From an uncultured Chloroflexia bacterium (GTDB lineage Bacteria > Chloroflexota > Dehalococcoidia > UBA2979): 64,000 nucleotides of DNA. This document shows positions 1 through 9,852 of this stretch, piece after piece. The notes under the pieces are model-generated. The model searched no databases, was not told the DNA's origin, and was given only the letters and a program-made list of their open reading frames with translations. Position numbers and translations under genes: made by a program. Positions within the stretch are counted from its first letter, which is position 1. Each line of letters begins with the position of its first letter. The stretch spans positions 576,001 to 640,000 of the forward strand of contig CAVSIV010000006.1 of the NCBI GenBank assembly GCA_963728205.1, read 5' to 3'.

Positions 1-2602
1 GCGCCGCCATGTACTCCGCCGGGTAGTGGTGCTTCAGCCACGTCGACTGGTACGCGAGCAGCGCGAACGCCGCCCCGTGGGACTTCGGGAAGCCGAACTC
101 CGCGAACCCCGGCAGGTTGTCGAACACGTGCTCCGACGCCGACCGCGGCACCCCGCGCTCGTCCGCGCCGGCGAGGAAGCGCTCGCGGTAGCGCTCCATC
201 GCCTCGTGCGAGCGCTTGCGGCTCATCGCCCGGCGGAACTGCTCGGCCTCGCCGGCGGTGAAGCCGGCCATCGCCTGGCGACCTGAGCACCTGCTCCTGG
301 TAGATCACGACGCCGAGCGTCTCCTCGAGCGCCCCCCGCACGCACGGGTGGGGCACCTCCACCACGTAGTGCGGGTTCGTCCGCTGCTTCTCCCGGCGCC
401 GCACGTACGGGTTCACCGCGCCGCCCACGATGGGCCCGGGGCGCACGATGGCCACCTGGATGGCCAGCTCCTCGAGGTTGCGCGGCTGCGTGCGCCGGAG
501 CATCGGGATCTGCGCGCGGCTCTCCATCTGGAAGACCCCCACCTTGTCGCCGCGACAGATGCCGTCGTAGACCGCCTCGTCCTGGAAGTCGATGCGCGAG
601 AGGTCGGCGATGTGCCCGCGCTCACGCGCGATGAGGTCCACCGCCTCCTCGACCAGCGAGAGCATCCCCAGCGCGAGGAAGTCGATCTTCACCATGCCCG
701 CGTCGTCGATGGAGTCCTTGTCCCAGTGGCAGAGGTAGCGGTTCGGCCACGCCGCGGGCTGCACGGGACGAAGTCGATGAGCGGGTCCGACGAGATGACC
801 ATCCCGCCCACGTGCTGCGAGATGTGCCGGGGAAGCCGGCGAGTACGTCGTCGGCCAGCTCGCCCAGCCGCGCGCGTGGAGCGGTCGGCGCCGCCCTCGA
901 GCAGCGCGATCTCGTCGGCGAGCCCCGAGGCCGAACGTGCCGGCGAGCTTGGCCAGCTGGTCGAGCTCCCCCGCGGGCAGGCCCAGCGCCTTGCCGATGT
1001 CCCGCACCGCGCTGCGCAGGCGGTAGGTGGGGAAGATGCGACGAGCGCCGCGTGCTCCTTGCCGTACTGCTCGTAGACGCGCTCGATCAGCTGCTCGCGG
1101 ATGTCGCGCGGGAAGTCGAGGTCGATGTCCGGCAGCGAGTGCAGCGCCTCGTTGAGGAAGCGGCCGAGGAAGAGCTTGGTGCTCACCGGGTCGATGTGGG
1201 AGAGCCCGATCAGGTAGCAGATGATCGAGGACACCGACGATCCCCGGCCGCGTCCCGGCGGCAGCCCGTGACCGGGCGCGCGGGGGTCGGCCGCGGACCT
1301 CGCGCGCGACCTCCTTGGCGAGCTCGAAGATCTCGTGGTAGACCAGGAAGAAGCCGGCCAGCCCGTGCTGGTCGACGAGCTTCAGCTCTGTGTGCAGGCG
1401 AGGCTCCGCGTCGTGCGCGCTGCGCCGGCGGGTACTTGCGGCCGATCGCTCGCAGGCAGAGCCGCCAGCGTCTCGATCGCGCCGCCGTCCGCGACCGGCG
1501 GCGACGGCAGGACCGTAGCCCAGGTCCTCGGTCAGGTCGAAGGCGCAGCGTCGCGCGATGCGCACGTGTTGGTCGGCGCCTCCGGGTGGTACTCCGCGAA
1601 GCGGTGCGCATGCTCCGCGGGCGAGCGCAGGAAGAATCGGCGTTGGGGCGGCGCTCGCGGTGGCTCTCGTCCAGCGTCTTGCGGTTCTTGATCGAGACGA
1701 GCACGTCCTGCAGCCGGTAGCGGTCGCGCTCGTGGTAGTGCACGTCGCCGGTGGCCACCACCCCGACCCCGATGCGCTCCGCCAGCGCGACGAGCGCGCG
1801 GTTGCGCGGGCGGTCGCCGTACACGAGGTTGTCCTGCAGCTCCACGAAGACGTTGCCGGCGCCGTACCACGCGACGAGCTCGCGCAGCGCCGCCGCCGCC
1901 TCGTCGATCCGGCCCTCGGCGGCGAGCCGCGGCACGCGCCCCTCGCGGCAGCCGGTGAGGACGATCACGCCCTCGGCGTGCGCGGGCAGCTCGGCGACGG
2001 GCAGGCAGGGGTCGAGCCTCCGCTCCTCCTTCTCGACGGGCCCGTCCGCGCGCAGGCCGAAGGCGATGCTCGAGAGCCGGCTGAGGTTGGCGTAGCCGCG
2101 ACGCGTCTCGGCGAGCAGCGTGAGGTGCGAGCGCGTGCCGCCGGCGTCCGCGCCATCGCCCTCTGAGAATCGTCAGCTCGAGCCCGGTGATCGGCCGCAG
2201 CCCCGCCTCCTGCGCCGTGCGCGCGAACTCCATCGCGCCGAATAGCCCCTCGTGATCGGTGAGCGCGAGCGCGCGGTGGCCCTGCGCCGCCGCGGTCGCG
2301 AGCAGCTCGTCGATGTGCGACGCGCCGTCGAGCAGCGAGTAGTTCGAGTGGCAGTGCAGCTCGACGTACGGCACGGCGTCGAGCACCGACTCCGGCACGG
2401 GGTCCGTCGGCGAGCGCGGGGCGAGCGAGCGGGGGGTGTCCGGGGGGAGGTCGTCCCGGTCCACGATCCCGTTCGCGCTTCGGTCGACGCCTCCGTTCGG
2501 ACTTCCGTTCGCCCTGGGCGCAGTCGAAGAGCGTGTCCGCCCCTCGAAATGCTGCCACGGCTCCATGTAGCCGGGGCGTTCGTCGTGACGACCGCGGGTC
2601 AC
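1..2602 (-). CDS. dnaE2: Error-prone DNA polymerase III alpha subunit (DnaE2/ImuC); broken by multiple frameshifts and truncated by the window edge
   Basis: PHP motifs YVELHCHSNYSLLDGAS and LALTDH in ORF 1532..2602; VATGDVHYH in 1210..1968; SSIICYLIGLSHIDP and PDIDLDF in 689..1234; PRHISQHVGG further on; lies downstream of imuB. Confidence 0.93.
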
Positions 2603-2698
2603 CGGGGAGCCTGCCTGCCGAAACAGGTAACCCTGCAGGAGTGCCTGTTATCCCTGAATGCCAATTCGTTAGACTGATTACGCTTGGAGGTGCCTTTC

Positions 2699-2968
2699 AT
2701 GGGAACCAACGTCGTGACCGTCTCCGAGAAGGGCGCCGTCGTCATCCCGAAGGAGATCCGCGAGCGATTCGGCATCTGTGCCGGAGACCGGATCCACGTC
2801 ATGGCCTGGGGCGAAGAAATCGTCCTGCTCAAGATCCCGCCCGGCGACCCGATCGAACGCGGGCTGGGGCTGCTCAAAGGCGGCTCGATGCAGCGCATCC
2901 TCGAGGACAAGCGCCGTGAGCTGGAGGAAGAGGAGCGGGACCTGCCACCGCCGCGCGCGCACGCATGA
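2699..2968 (+). CDS. AbrB/MazE/SpoVT-family antitoxin
   Basis: VTVSEKGAVVIPKEIRERFGICAGD swapped-hairpin signature; GGAGG RBS; ATGA overlap with the PIN gene. Confidence 0.9.
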   Translation: MGTNVVTVSEKGAVVIPKEIRERFGICAGDRIHVMAWGEEIVLLKIPPGDPIERGLGLLKGGSMQRILEDKRRELEEEERDLPPPRAHA

Positions 2969-3405
2969 CCGCACCGGCACCCGATCGCTTCGTTCTCGAT
3001 AGCTACGCAGTCCTCGCGTATCACCGCATGGAGCCCGGTGCTTCCGCGGTGCGCGATCTGCTGCGCCGAGCCGCCGACGGACACGCGTCGCTCTCGATGG
3101 CGGTCGTGAACATGGGCGAGGTCTACTACCGCACCGTCCGAGAGCTCGGGGCCCCCGCAGGAGTCCGCGCGCTGCGCGACTTCGTGGACTACCCCATCAC
3201 GCTCGTTGACGTCAATCGCGATCTCGCCCTGGCCGGCGCCCTGCTCAAGGGCGAGCATCCCATCTCCTACGCCGACTGCATCGCCGCGGCGCTCGCGCAG
3301 CGGCTGGACGCCGCGGTCGTCACGGGCGACCGCGACTTCGCGCGCCTCGAGCACCTCGTGCGCGTGGAGTGGCTGCCGGCGGACGGGCCGGCCGGGGCGA
3401 CCTAG
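2965..3405 (+). CDS. vapC: PIN-domain VapC toxin
   Basis: FVLDSYAV, NMGEVYY, SYADC, VVTGDRDF conserved acidic PIN residues. Confidence 0.92.
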   Translation: MTAPAPDRFVLDSYAVLAYHRMEPGASAVRDLLRRAADGHASLSMAVVNMGEVYYRTVRELGAPAGVRALRDFVDYPITLVDVNRDLALAGALLKGEHPISYADCIAAALAQRLDAAVVTGDRDFARLEHLVRVEWLPADGPAGAT

Positions 3406-3692
3406 TAGCGCTGCTCGTACCACTGCCCGTCCTCGTCGTCGCGGAAGAGGGTGAGCGGGCGGCCGCCCGCGAGGATCACGCGGAAGTAGGTGCGCGCGAG
3501 CCCCTCGCCCGACGGCGACGGCCGCCACCAGGCCTCGGCCACGCGCCAGGCCTCGTCAATCTGCTCGACGGGGAGGACGTCGCCTGCGCCGCCGCGGGTG
3601 TCGCGCGCGACCGCCAGCGGCAGGCCGTCCGCGTCGGCGCGCACGCGGAGCGGGCGGGGAAGGCCGAGGGGGCGGAGCGAAGGGCGAGTCAC
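3402..3692 (-). CDS. Small DUF6504-like protein of imuB/dnaE2 cassettes
   Basis: VEQIDEAWRVAEAWW..RTYFRV..LTLFRD..WY pattern; GGAGG before GTG at 3692; position between imuB and dnaE2. Confidence 0.75.
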   Translation of the reverse strand: MTRPSLRPLGLPRPLRVRADADGLPLAVARDTRGGAGDVLPVEQIDEAWRVAEAWWRPSPSGEGLARTYFRVILAGGRPLTLFRDDEDGQWYEQRY

Positions 3693-3724
3693 TGGGCACC
3701 TCCCCTGCCGTGCTGCTGCAGGTC

Positions 3725-3816
3725 CAAAGCGGCGGCAGATATGCCGCCGACAGGACGCGGACGCAGTCCGCGGCTGGCGCCGCGCTTCTGTCGGCGGCAT
3801 ATCTGCCGCCGCTTTG
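3725..3816. repeat. REP doublet (REPIN-like hairpin): AAAGCGGCGGCAGATATGCCGCCGACAG-spacer-inverted copy
   Basis: Two inverted 28-29 bp palindromic units; near-identical copies at 8401-8490 and 28942-29031. Confidence 0.9.
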
Positions 3817-3881
3817 ACGTTCCGACGAGGCCTGAAGCCCTTCGACAGGCTCAGGACGGGCTCTGGCCGCGCATCGGTCAT

Positions 3882-5174
3882 TCATGCCTCGTAGTCCATC
3901 AACGCGTACCGCCGCTCCGGGAGGCGGCTCCACGGCTCGACGCACACCATGCGCGCGACCGGCGACGTGCCGTAGCGCACCTTCAGGTGGCGCACCATCT
4001 CGTCGAGCTGCTCGCGGCGGCGCGCGCGCTCGGTGAACAGGCTCTGCTGGCGCGCGCTCTCCGCGGTCAGCCCGCCCAGCTCCAGCTCGAGCAGCGCGAC
4101 CGGGCCGGGGTAGTCCGCGTGCTCGAGCAGCGGGCGGATCGTCGTCCACAGGCGGTCGCGGTCGCCGGTCGGCTCCTTCAGCGTCTGCTCGCGCTCCCAG
4201 AGGCGGTCGTCCTCGGTGGTCGCGCGCAGGCGCAGCACGCGCACGAAGCGGCGCGCCGCGGCCGGCCGCCGCAGCGCTCGGCCGAGCAGCTGCTCCGCGG
4301 AGCGCGCCACCGACTCGCGGCTGACCAGCGGCGGGTCGGCCTGCGCGTGCTCGAGGATCCGCTCGCGCGCGAAGGGGTCCGGGCGCAGCGGCGACGGATC
4401 CTCGCCGCGCGCGGCGAGCCACGCGGCGCCGCCGGCCGGGCCGAACTGCGCCTCCACCGCGTGGCGCGGCAGGTCCGCCAGCGCGCCGAGCGTGCGCAGC
4501 CCGAGCAGCCGCAGATGATCGAGCGACTCCGCCGGCAGCGGCAGCCAGTCCGCCGGCAGGCGCGCGAGAAAGCCGGCGGCCGCGCCGGCGTCGTCGACCC
4601 GCAGCGCCGCGCCGGGCTCCGCCGCGCGCGCGGCGGCGGTCGCGGTGAAGCGCGCGCCGGCGATCCCGAGGCGCGGCCAGAACGCGGCAGGAATGCCGGG
4701 GAGGGACGCGCGCGGTCGCGCCTCCGCCGGTGCCGGCGATTCCGCCGGCGATTCCGCCGGCGAACGAGCCCCGAGCGGCCCCAGGATCGCCGCCTCCACG
4801 TCCCCGGCCCGCGGGTAGAGCGCCTCCGTCCCGCGCAGGTCCGCGTACAGCAGCGCATCCCCCGCGCTCGCCTCCGCCAGCGACGGCGTCTCCACCAGCG
4901 GGCTCACCGCCCCGAGCACCGCGGTCAGCCGCGCCAGCGCACGCGCCACCCGCGCCGCCCGCGGCTCGAGCACCGTCAGCGCCGGGCAGTACGCCGCCGC
5001 CTCGCGCAGCGTCATCCCCGCCCGCACCCCGCGCACCGCCGCCTGCGGCGTGGCGTCGACCACCCGCAGCCCCCGCTCGTCGCTCAGCGCGACGGGCGCC
5101 TCCGCGAGCGCGGGCCGTCGCCCCAGCTCACAGGCGAGCGCGAGAGACGGAACCAGCAGACAGGCAATCTTCAT
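3882..5174 (-). CDS. imuB: ImuB, inactive Y-family DNA polymerase
   Basis: MKIACLLVP start, GVRAGMTLREAAAYCP, LRLLGLRTLGALADLP; no intact catalytic DinB motifs; upstream of dnaE2. Confidence 0.88.
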   Translation of the reverse strand: MKIACLLVPSLALACELGRRPALAEAPVALSDERGLRVVDATPQAAVRGVRAGMTLREAAAYCPALTVLEPRAARVARALARLTAVLGAVSPLVETPSLAEASAGDALLYADLRGTEALYPRAGDVEAAILGPLGARSPAESPAESPAPAEARPRASLPGIPAAFWPRLGIAGARFTATAAARAAEPGAALRVDDAGAAAGFLARLPADWLPLPAESLDHLRLLGLRTLGALADLPRHAVEAQFGPAGGAAWLAARGEDPSPLRPDPFARERILEHAQADPPLVSRESVARSAEQLLGRALRRPAAARRFVRVLRLRATTEDDRLWEREQTLKEPTGDRDRLWTTIRPLLEHADYPGPVALLELELGGLTAESARQQSLFTERARRREQLDEMVRHLKVRYGTSPVARMVCVEPWSRLPERRYALMDYEA

Positions 5175-5208
5175 GGCATGCCCCCGCCAAGAGGCATGCC
5201 GATGCTAG

Positions 5209-5224
5209 TAGAACACCAGTTCTA
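5209..5224. promoter_or_regulatory. LexA (SOS) box TAGAAC-ACCA-GTTCTA
   Basis: Perfect GAAC-N4-GTTC, about 35 bp upstream of the imuB start; matches the Firmicutes/Actinobacteria/Chloroflexota LexA motif. Confidence 0.88.
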
Positions 5225-5243
5225 TTTCAAGGGGCGGGCGTCC

Positions 5244-5627
5244 TCAGCAGGCGACGACCGCGGCGCGCACGCCGGCCGCCGCGACGAGCCGCTCGAGGTC
5301 GCCGGCATCGCTCGTCAGGATCCGATCGCCCGCGCCGGCCACGAGCACGACCGTCGCGTCGATTGGGTCGTCCGTGCCGGCTCGCCCGACGAGCACGCCC
5401 GCGTCCGGGCCGAGCCGCGCGTCGACCGGGCGCACGTCGACGGCGCGCAGCAGCCGCGCGAGCTGCACCTGCCGTCCCGCGGGGTCGCGCCACACCTGAC
5501 CGACGACGATCGCACTCGTGCGCAGGTCGAGCCCATGCCGCTCCGCGGCGCGCAGACGCGCAATCATCGCGCGGTCGTCGCGATCGACGGCGATGAATGC
5601 CCCGGCGTCCAGGACAAGCGCGCTCAC
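5244..5627 (-). CDS. vapC: PIN-domain toxin
   Basis: LVLDAGAFIA, VVGQVWR, DPIDATVV, ILTSDAGDL; GTGA overlap with the antitoxin. Confidence 0.85.
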   Translation of the reverse strand: MSALVLDAGAFIAVDRDDRAMIARLRAAERHGLDLRTSAIVVGQVWRDPAGRQVQLARLLRAVDVRPVDARLGPDAGVLVGRAGTDDPIDATVVLVAGAGDRILTSDAGDLERLVAAAGVRAAVVAC

Positions 5628-5869
5628 GTCGACGGCACGCGACCCGGCAGCCCGAGCTCGGCTTCGGCCCGCTCCAGCTCGGCGGCCGTCAGCGGCCCGT
5701 GCGCGATCTCCCACCCGCCGAGGAACTCGCTCAGCGCCTCGGCACGCAGCTTCGCGGCCGCGGCCTCGGCCAGCCACGCCGAGAGACCCCGCCCGGACTG
5801 CTCGGCGGCTCGCCGGACCTCGTCGCCCAGCTCGGCTTCGAGCGAGATGCTCATCTTGTCGACCTTCAT
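5624..5869 (-). CDS. Ribbon-helix-helix (CopG-like) antitoxin
   Basis: MKVDKMSISLEAELGDEVRRAAEQSGRGLSAWLAEAA; coupled to the PIN gene. Confidence 0.85.
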   Translation of the reverse strand: MKVDKMSISLEAELGDEVRRAAEQSGRGLSAWLAEAAAAKLRAEALSEFLGGWEIAHGPLTAAELERAEAELGLPGRVPST

Positions 5870-5874
5870 GGTGC

Positions 5875-5909
5875 AATCATACCACGGTATGACATACCGC
5901 GGTATGATT
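5875..5909. promoter_or_regulatory. Tandem palindromic operator (CATACC-N2-GGTATG x2) upstream of the TA operon
   Basis: TCATACCACGGTATGA followed by CATACCGCGGTATG, immediately before the antitoxin start. Confidence 0.75.
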
Positions 5910-6124
5910 CGCGGCCGGCCGTATCAACCGGCGCGAACACCCTGCCGCCGCCCCGCTCATGATGCGCACCCTCCTCCGCCGCTCCCGTGCGCTCACCGGG
6001 ACAGGAGAGCGCCGGAACGAGCGGATCCGATCGCAGGCGAACAGGGAGCGTCCGCGGGCGCCACCGCCGACGCGGCCGGGCTAGGATGCCGCCATCCCGG
6101 CCGCCTCGCGAGAAGGATCGCCCC

Positions 6125-7123
6125 ATGACCACCGCCGCCGACTGGCTCGCCCTCACCCACGAAGAGGCGCTCGAACCGGACCTGCCGATCATCGACCCGC
6201 ACCACCACTTCTGGGACCGGCCGAACAACCGCTACGTCCTCGAGGACCTGGCCGCCGACGTCGCCGATCACCGCGTGCGCCAGACCGTCTTCATCGAGTG
6301 CACCTCGATGTACCGCGCCGACGGCCCCGACGAGTTCCGCGTCGTCGGCGAGACCGAGTTCGTGCAGGGGCTCGCCGCGGTGAGCGCGAGCGGCCGCTAC
6401 GGCGACCTCCGCGCCGCGGCCGGCATCGTCGGGAGCGCCGACCTGCGGCTGGGCGACCGCGTCGTGCCCGTGCTCGAGGCGCAGATCGCCGCCGCCCCGC
6501 AGCGCTTCCGCGGCATCCGCCATCGCGCCGCCTGGGCCGAGCCGGGCGTCCTGCCGAACCAGCCGGCGAGCCTGCAGCCGCATGTCCTGGTCGACCCGGA
6601 CTTCCGCCGCGGCTTCGCCCACCTGCGCCGCTACGCACTCGTCTTCGAGGCCTGGCTCTACCACCCGCAGCTGCCCGAGCTGATCGACCTCGCGCGCGCG
6701 TTCCCGGACACGACGATCGTCCTCAACCACCTCGGCGGTCCGATCGGCGTCGGCCCCTACGCCGGCCGGCGCGACGAGATCCTCCCGGCATGGAAGCGCG
6801 ACATCGCCGAGCTCGCGCGCTGCCCCAACGTGGTTGCGAAGGTCGGCGGCATCCAGATGGTCGTGAACGGCTACGGCTGGCACGAGCGCGAGCGCCCGCC
6901 CACCTCCGACGAGCTGCTCGCCGCGAACCGCGACTGGTACCTCCACACGATCGAGCAGTTCGGCCCGGACCGCTGCATGTTCGAGAGCAACTTCCCGGTC
7001 GACCGGCTGTCGTGCTCGTACACCGTGCTGTGGAACCAGTTCAAGAAGCTGACGCGCGACTTCTCGCCCGGCGAGCGCGCCGCGATGTTCCACGACACGG
7101 CGGCGCGCGTATACCGGATCTGA
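6125..7123 (+). CDS. Amidohydrolase family protein (Amidohydro_2, lactonase-like)
   Basis: IIDPHHHFWD, LNHLGGP, RCMFESNFPVD; AAGGA RBS. Confidence 0.9.
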   Translation: MTTAADWLALTHEEALEPDLPIIDPHHHFWDRPNNRYVLEDLAADVADHRVRQTVFIECTSMYRADGPDEFRVVGETEFVQGLAAVSASGRYGDLRAAAGIVGSADLRLGDRVVPVLEAQIAAAPQRFRGIRHRAAWAEPGVLPNQPASLQPHVLVDPDFRRGFAHLRRYALVFEAWLYHPQLPELIDLARAFPDTTIVLNHLGGPIGVGPYAGRRDEILPAWKRDIAELARCPNVVAKVGGIQMVVNGYGWHERERPPTSDELLAANRDWYLHTIEQFGPDRCMFESNFPVDRLSCSYTVLWNQFKKLTRDFSPGERAAMFHDTAARVYRI

Positions 7124-7148
7124 GTCCCCCCTGCCGGCGCCGCCAACC

Positions 7149-7177
7149 CAAAGCGGCGGCAGATATGCCGCCGACAG
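7149..7177. repeat. Single REP unit
   Basis: CAAAGCGGCGGCAGATATGCCGCCGACAG. Confidence 0.85.
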
Positions 7178-7252
7178 AACGGCGGCGCCATGCCGCCGCT
7201 CTCTCACCGCCAGCCCACCCACTATCATCCGGCCCCGAGAACGGAGCCGCCG

Positions 7253-8350
7253 ATGACCACCTCGCCGCCCGACGACCTCGAGCAGCTGCTCGCCGACCTC
7301 ACCAACGCCTACGGCCCCACCGGCTTCGAAGGGCCGGTGCGCCAGGTCATGCGCCGCGAGCTCACCCCGCTCGCCGCCGACGTGCAGACCGACGGGCTCG
7401 GCTCGCTGATCGCCCGCATCGACGGCGCCGCCGAGCGACCGCGCGTGATGCTCGCCGGGCACATGGACGAGCTCGGGCTGATGGTCCGGCGCATCACCGA
7501 CGAGGGCTACCTCAAGTTCCAGACGCTCGGCGGCTGGCTCGACCAATCGCTGATCAACCAGCGCTGGGTCGTCCTCACCCGCGGCGGCGCCGTGCCGGGC
7601 GTCACCGGCATCAAGACCGTGCACGTCATGACGCCAGAGGCGCGCGGCAAGGTCTTCAAGCGCGACGACATCTTCATCGACGTCGGCGCAACCAGCCGCG
7701 AGGACGCCGAGCAGCGCCTCGGCATCCGCCCCGGCGACCCCGTCGCGCCCGACAGCCGGTTCACGCCGCTCGCCGGGGGCGAGCGCTACGTCGCGAAGGC
7801 GTGGGACGACCGCGTCGGGCTCGGGGTGATGGTGCTCGCCGTGCGACGCCTGCGCGAGCTCGGCCACCCCAACACCGTCTTCGCCGTGTCGACCGTCCAG
7901 GAGGAGGTCGGGCTGCGCGGCGCCCAGACCGCCGCGCACCGCGTCGAGCCCGACATCGGCCTCAACATCGAGTCGGGCGTCGCCGGCGACTACCCGGGCA
8001 TCACCTTCGACGAGGCGCAGGAGCGCGTCGGCCACGGCCCCGCGATCTTCCTGCACGACTCGTCGATGCTCCCCAACCTCCGCCTGCGCGACTTCGTGAT
8101 GGCGGTCGCCGAGGACGCCGGCATCCCCCTGCAGTTCGACGTGCTCTCCGGCTACGGCCAGGACGGCGCCGAGGTGCAGCGCTCGCGCTCCGGCGCGCCG
8201 TCGATCAACGTCGCGATCCCGACGCGCTACCTGCACAGCCACCACGGCGTCGTCGCGCGCGACGACGTGCTGCGCGCCGCGGAGCTCGTCGCGCAGGTCG
8301 TGCACCGCCTCGACGCCGCGCGCGTCGCGGAGCTGCGCGCGTTCGATTGA
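7253..8350 (+). CDS. M42 family metallopeptidase
   Basis: MLAGHMDELG, KAWDDRVG, VQEEVGLRGA, RYLHSH. Confidence 0.93.
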   Translation: MTTSPPDDLEQLLADLTNAYGPTGFEGPVRQVMRRELTPLAADVQTDGLGSLIARIDGAAERPRVMLAGHMDELGLMVRRITDEGYLKFQTLGGWLDQSLINQRWVVLTRGGAVPGVTGIKTVHVMTPEARGKVFKRDDIFIDVGATSREDAEQRLGIRPGDPVAPDSRFTPLAGGERYVAKAWDDRVGLGVMVLAVRRLRELGHPNTVFAVSTVQEEVGLRGAQTAAHRVEPDIGLNIESGVAGDYPGITFDEAQERVGHGPAIFLHDSSMLPNLRLRDFVMAVAEDAGIPLQFDVLSGYGQDGAEVQRSRSGAPSINVAIPTRYLHSHHGVVARDDVLRAAELVAQVVHRLDAARVAELRAFD

Positions 8351-8400
8351 GCCCGGCGCGCGGCGCGCACATCCTCCGGACGCGCGGCAGGGCTCGTCGA

Positions 8401-8490
8401 AAAGCGGCGGCAGATATGCCGCCGACAGGACGCGGACGCAGTCCGCGGCTGGCGCCGCGCTTCTGTCGGCGGCATATCTGCCGCCGCTTT
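8401..8490. repeat. REP doublet
   Basis: Same sequence as 3726-3815. Confidence 0.9.
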
Positions 8491-8600
8491 GGGTGACATT
8501 GCGCACACGGCAGGTCTGAGACCTGCAGCGCGCCCGACGGGCTGGAGCGGCGCGTGATGCGAGCCGCTCGCCGGTGGCGTGTGGGCCGCGATGGCGTTCA

Positions 8601-9407
8601 ATGAATCGCGTGGACGGCCTCTTCACCGACGACGCCGCGATCCGCCGGGTGCACCGCGAGGGCGTCGTGCTGCTCGGCGGCGGCCGCGCGCTGCTGCTCC
8701 AGGTCGCACACCCGTCGGTGGCAGCCGCGGTCGAGGAGCACAGCTCGTACCGGCACGACCGCTGGGGCCGGCTGCTCCGCACGCTGCGCCCGACGCTGAC
8801 GATCGTCTTCGGGACGACCGAGCAGGCGCGCGCGGCGGCCGCCGGCGTGAACGGGCTGCACGCGGGCGTGGTCGGGAGCGGCTACCGCGCGATGGACCCC
8901 GAGCTGCTGCGCTGGGTCCTCGCGACGCTGATCGACACGGCCCTGCTCATGCACGACCGGTTCCTCGGCACGCTCTCCGCGTCCGACGCCGAGCGCTACT
9001 ACCAGGACATGTGCGTCGCGGGTCGGCTGCTCGGCATCCCGCCGGGGACGATGCCGTGCGACCTCGACGCGTTCCGCCGCTACTTCGACGGCGTGGTGGC
9101 GACGCTCGAGGTCGCGCCGGCGGCGCGGCGCATCGCGCGCGACCTCGCAGCGCCCGCGGGCTGGGTCACGCCCGCGATCCTGCTCGCGCGCGAGCTCACC
9201 GCCGGGCTGCTGCCGCCGCGCATTCGCGCGCAGTTCGGCTACCGCTGGGGGCCGCGGCGCGAGGCCGCGCTCACGGGCATCGCCCGCGCCAGTCGCCTCC
9301 TCCTCCCGCACGTCCCGGCGCCGCTGCGCGCACCGCCGGCGGTCGTGCTGCCGGCGGGCGTGCGCGTCGCGCCACGCCGCGGCGGGGCGGATGCGAGGCA
9401 CCTGTGA
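8601..9407 (+). CDS. Oxygenase MpaB/DUF2236 family protein
   Basis: GGGRALLLQVAHP, EHS, GRLLRT, YRAMDPELLRWV. Confidence 0.88.
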   Translation: MNRVDGLFTDDAAIRRVHREGVVLLGGGRALLLQVAHPSVAAAVEEHSSYRHDRWGRLLRTLRPTLTIVFGTTEQARAAAAGVNGLHAGVVGSGYRAMDPELLRWVLATLIDTALLMHDRFLGTLSASDAERYYQDMCVAGRLLGIPPGTMPCDLDAFRRYFDGVVATLEVAPAARRIARDLAAPAGWVTPAILLARELTAGLLPPRIRAQFGYRWGPRREAALTGIARASRLLLPHVPAPLRAPPAVVLPAGVRVAPRRGGADARHL

Positions 9408-9517
9408 CGCGGGCCCCCGAGCGGGCGCAACGAAACCGCACGGCGTGCACCAGAACCGATCCGCGTCCTCACCCGTTCTAGGGATAGAGGGGTCGGGCGA
9501 CGGATGGGAGCACCGCG

Positions 9518-9706
9518 ATGAGCCAGACGCGCACCCAGGGCGCCTACCGCATTCACCACGATCCCGATGCCGGCAGCGGCTTCCGCGTCGTCCGCTGCGA
9601 CATCTGCGAGCGCGACCTCGCGATCGTCGCCACGGAGCGCGAGGCGAACGTGATCATCGGCTGGCACGGTGTGGCACACGCCGGCGGTCGCGCCATGCTG
9701 CCCTAG
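9518..9706 (+). CDS. Small hypothetical protein, possible C2H2-type zinc binder
   Basis: GGGAG RBS; CDIC...HGVAH; GC-rich third codon positions. Confidence 0.55.
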   Translation: MSQTRTQGAYRIHHDPDAGSGFRVVRCDICERDLAIVATEREANVIIGWHGVAHAGGRAMLP

Positions 9707-9852
9707 CCGGAGCACGCGCCGGCTCACCGGACGCGCGCCACCGCGGTCACCGCCACCCCGCGGGCGCGACCCGGCGCGTGGCATGCCCCTTCCCCGCTTG
9801 GCCGCTCGCGTATAACAGAGGTCCGCGAGCGGCCAGCCCCGGGGAGCGCGCA

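Noticed and set aside
1-2602. Programmed frameshifting or a split/intein DnaE
   Set aside because: Too many shifts, no slippery or intein motifs; sequencing error or decay is simpler
3836-3860. CCCTTCGACAGGCTCAGG as a regulatory site
   Set aside because: Looks like a lone half of a different widespread palindromic repeat; single copy here, so no function can be supported
3369-8782. Very long ORFs 3369..6128 (+) and 5993..8782 (-)
   Set aside because: Arg/Ala/Pro-rich antisense shadows of real genes, expected at this GC content
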